Assembly (NCBI RefSeq): GCF_009914755.1
Contig: NC_060928.1
Strand: one strand, 5' to 3'
Length of the DNA: 64,000 nucleotides
Source of the DNA: the human T2T-CHM13v2.0 reference genome, Homo sapiens
This document shows positions 60,480 through 64,000 of the stretch, in pieces. The notes below the pieces were generated by a model. It searched no databases. It saw nothing but the letters and a program-made list of their open reading frames with translations, and had not been told where the DNA came from. Within the stretch, counting starts at the first letter, position 1. Each line of letters opens with the position of its first letter. Both the position numbers and the translations under genes were made by a program.

Positions 60480-63400
60480 AATGATCCTTCAGAAGACGTT
60501 CTAAAGTGTACACAATCAAATACAAATATATATTTCTCTTCCAACTCCTTGCTTTTAACAGCAATAGGATGCTATACACATTGTTCTAAACCCTGATTTT
60601 GCGTTTAGCAATTCATCTTGTCAAACTTGCCATATAGGCACATAGGAGCATCTTACTTTTTATAATATTCATATTTTTATTGAGGGACAAATGTCTTGCT
60701 TCCCAGCATTTTCAGATATTACTGACAGTGATGCATTGAAAAAATGACATATACATTATTTTTAATATGTTTATATGTGTTATAAATTGTTCAGAACTTG
60801 AAATGCTAGACACACAAGGGCATATGTAATTTTATTTTAATAGATATGGCCAAGTTGATCTCCATATAGTTTTAAACAATGCACAACCTCATCAATAATG
60901 AATGAATACATCTGTTAAAACATAATTTAATCCAATGTTTATCTCTTAACAATTCAGTAATTTAAAAATAATGCCATTTTAATTTCTTTTCTTTATTTAC
61001 AAGACATGGTAAACATTATTTATATATTTGAGAGTTTCTGTGAACATTTGTATCTTTTGATAATTTTTCAATTGAATTGTGCTTTAACCTAATTTGTAGA
61101 AACTATTTATATACTTGAAGGTTTACCTTTTTGTCTATGATATGAATTGTAAAATGTTTCTCAGTTTGTCATTTTACCTTTACACTCTGCTTTCAGTTTT
61201 TTTATGCCACACCCATTTTCCTTACATTGTGAGTAGTTGAATATATCAAGCTTCCCAATCATTTCAGGGATTTTGAAACAAAGTTAGAAAAAACTTCAAC
61301 ATTGTAAAATTTTAAAATAATAACAATTTATACTATTTTAGGAAATTTTTGTAGCTATTATTTTAGAATTTGAGTTTTGTACCAAGTCTTACACTAGTCA
61401 GAATAGCCATTATTTAAAAATCAGAAAATAACATGTTGGCATGGCTGCGGAGAAAAAAATAATGCTTATACACTGTTAGTGGCAATGCAAAGTAGTTCAG
61501 CCACCATGGAAAGTATTTTGGAGAATTCTCAAAGAACTAAAAGTAGAATTACCATTCTGTCCAGCAATCCCATTACTGGGTATATACCCAAAGGAATATA
61601 AATAATTCTACTGAAAAGACACGTGCACCCATATATTCACTGCAGTCCTATTCACAATAGTAAAGACATGGAGTCAACCTAGGTGTCCATCAAAGGTGGA
61701 TTAAATAAAGAAAATATGGTAAATATACATTAATAGCATTGAATACTATGCAGCCATAAAAAACAAAGAAATCTTGTTCTTTGCAACAACATGGATGCAG
61801 CTGTGAGACATTATCCTAAAAGAACTACCACAGAAACAGAAAAATCAAATACTGCATATTCTAACTTATAAGTGGAAGCTAAATAGAATGAGTACACCTA
61901 GACATAAAGATAGATATAATAGACACTGGCAACTACAAGAAGAGTGAGGGAGAAATGAGGACAAGGGTTGAAAACTACTTAGTACTTGGGTACTATACTC
62001 ATCACCTTGGTGAAAGGTTCAACCATACCCCATACATTAGACCCTTAAAACAAACCTGCACTGGGACCTCCTCAATCTAAATAATTTGAAAAAAATACAT
62101 TAATGAGATGTCTGATTATGAATCCAATTAACATTTAATTTCAGAATATAATCCAACTATTAAAAAACCCAAATATTGAATGGTCATGTTTCTCTCGCTA
62201 AATTAAGATGGGATTATTAGCATATATATTACTTAATATTTGTTTATACTTGTTTCTATATCTGGATGTCACTTGTCCATTTACCTGGCATATATGACTA
62301 TTTCATTATTTTAATTATTAAAGATTTAACATATGTTTTGCACTTGGCAGAGCAAGTCACCGTTCATTGTTCTTGTTGTTCAGCGTTTCCTCACCGTTTA
62401 TGTAGCCTATTTTTTAAGGTGCTGACTCTGTACACACACTGTATGAATTCAAAGTCCTGTTTCTATAGTCCTGAGATCTTCAGCAATTTCCTTAATCAGT
62501 TTCATCTTTGGAAATATTAATATTACTTACATGAGAGGATTATTATGTATACATTTAAGGGGTTTAAATAATATCTAGCAAATATCACTCAAATAAATAA
62601 TAGCTTCTATAACTCTCATTTAATCCATAGTAAAAATTGACTTGTCCAGTTAAAATGGAAATATTTTAAAGGTATTATATTAATGGGAATTAATGAGATT
62701 ATAGATATGCATATTAATTTAAGGTACATTGATGATGTTCAATGGTACTATACAGAACCATAATCTTTGTTTCATTGTGTACAACTATTTCCTTGTTTTT
62801 TCCAGAGTCTATGTCTTTTATACATGGATGCAACATATTTCAGTTGTTTAAAGCATTTCAGCTTTTTTGGTTGTTACTATAAATAAGGTCTTCACTCCAA
62901 TTATCTCTTCTAACTGGTTGTTTTTGCTTCATTTTGTTTTTACATACAAAATGATGGGCTTGGGTATATTGATTTCATTTTCTTACTATATAGCTGCAAT
63001 CTGTTAGTATTTGTAGTGAATTTTAAATGTATTCATTCAGGTTATCAAGGTATAAAATCATAGCATCTGAAAATATCAACAATTTTACCTCATGCTTTCC
63101 AATTTCTGCCCTCTAATTTATTTCTCTTCTTCAATCACATTGACTAGGGTGCCCACTAAAATGTAAAATAATAGAAATTACAGTAGATATTTATCATGTT
63201 TCTCCCTATAATTTTAGTGGAGAATTTCTATTATTGTTCCATTAAAAATAATTCTGGCTTTACACTGAAATTTTTATTTTATTTCCTTAGTAATTTGAAT
63301 TTTAAAAGTGCTGTTTTCAGCACCTATGTTAATGATCATATTTTTACCATTAATATCTAATAACCTGATGAAGTGTATCAATAGTAATTTTCTAATATTA

Positions 63401-63680
63401 AAATACCAGCATATTCCTTCAGTTAGCCTTATTTAATTACTATGTATTTTTGATTGATTCTTGATTCCAGTTTCTAATATTTTATTTAAAATGTTTGCAC
63501 TGTTATTGATAAAACAACTCAATAGTTTTATGTTTATTTTCAACCTTTCAAGTTTTTGTATGCATTTATTGATGATTTATATATTTTCTTTCAGATAGTT
63601 TAAATAGAATTGAATGATTTTTGTCTCAGGAATATGATATAATTCTGCTGTGAAATCATCTTGGCCACATAGTAAAGGCA
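60480..63680 (-). mobile_element. Ancient L1ME-like remnant, interrupted by a + strand L1
   Basis: T-rich antisense L1 ORF2/3' motifs (gccaagttgatctccatatag, cattgactagggtgcccactaaaatg, ctgctgtgaaatcatct). Boundaries approximate. Confidence 0.55.
61385..62096 (+). mobile_element. L1PA16-17/L1PB 3' end, about 0.7 kb
   Basis: cagcaatcccattactgggtatatacccaaagg...gcaacaacatggatgcagctg...aaacctgcac...ctaaata. Confidence 0.85.
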
Positions 63681-63864
63681 TTAAAAAAAAAACAAAAAAA
63701 CACCTCTAAATCTGGCAACATAAGTTGAAATGCTTAAACTAAACCCCCAAATTTATGCCATTTCTGTAAATAATATTGGACTTAACGAAATGAATTTATT
63801 ATCTGTTCTTTATCAGTTAATTTTCTGACAATAATGCCACAGAGGCATACATTAAAAAACACCT

Positions 63865-64000
63865 GGCTGGGCGCGGTGGCTCACGCCTGTAATCTCAGCA
63901 CTTTGGGAGGCCAAGGTGGGCGGATCATGAGGTCAGGAGATCAAGACCATCCTGGCTAACACAGTGAAACCCTGTCTCTACTGAAAATATAAAAAATTAG
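63865..64000 (+). mobile_element. AluY left arm (cut by window end)
   Basis: ggctgggcgcggtggctcacgcctgtaatc...gagatcaagaccatcctggctaacac. Confidence 0.92.

Overview
AT-rich, CpG-poor primate (human-like) genomic DNA with no recognisable protein-coding gene, RNA gene or CRISPR array. It looks like an intergenic or deep-intronic region dense in transposable elements. These include a full-length but inactivated L1PA7/8-type LINE-1 (31808-38490, with TSDs), several truncated L1PA/L1M copies, about a dozen Alu/FAM/FLAM SINEs, MaLR/ERV solo LTRs (THE1, MST, MLT1/2, LTR12, MER51, MER67, LTR33, LTR47), DNA-transposon fossils (Tigger1, MER33, MER63, MADE1), MIR/L2 remnants and microsatellites. The ORF track reflects repeat-derived or chance frames. 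Subfamily names come from recalled consensus sequences, not from a search. I found no evidence of a new biological system. The most unusual features are (1) a 190-bp copy of nearby flanking DNA (30976-31165) pasted into ORF1 of the full-length L1 (33601-33790), (2) an Alu with a near-pristine AluY core between diverged ends, suggesting gene conversion, (3) a three-layer L1M>L1PA16>LTR12 nest, and (4) weak candidate non-coding exons on the + strand.
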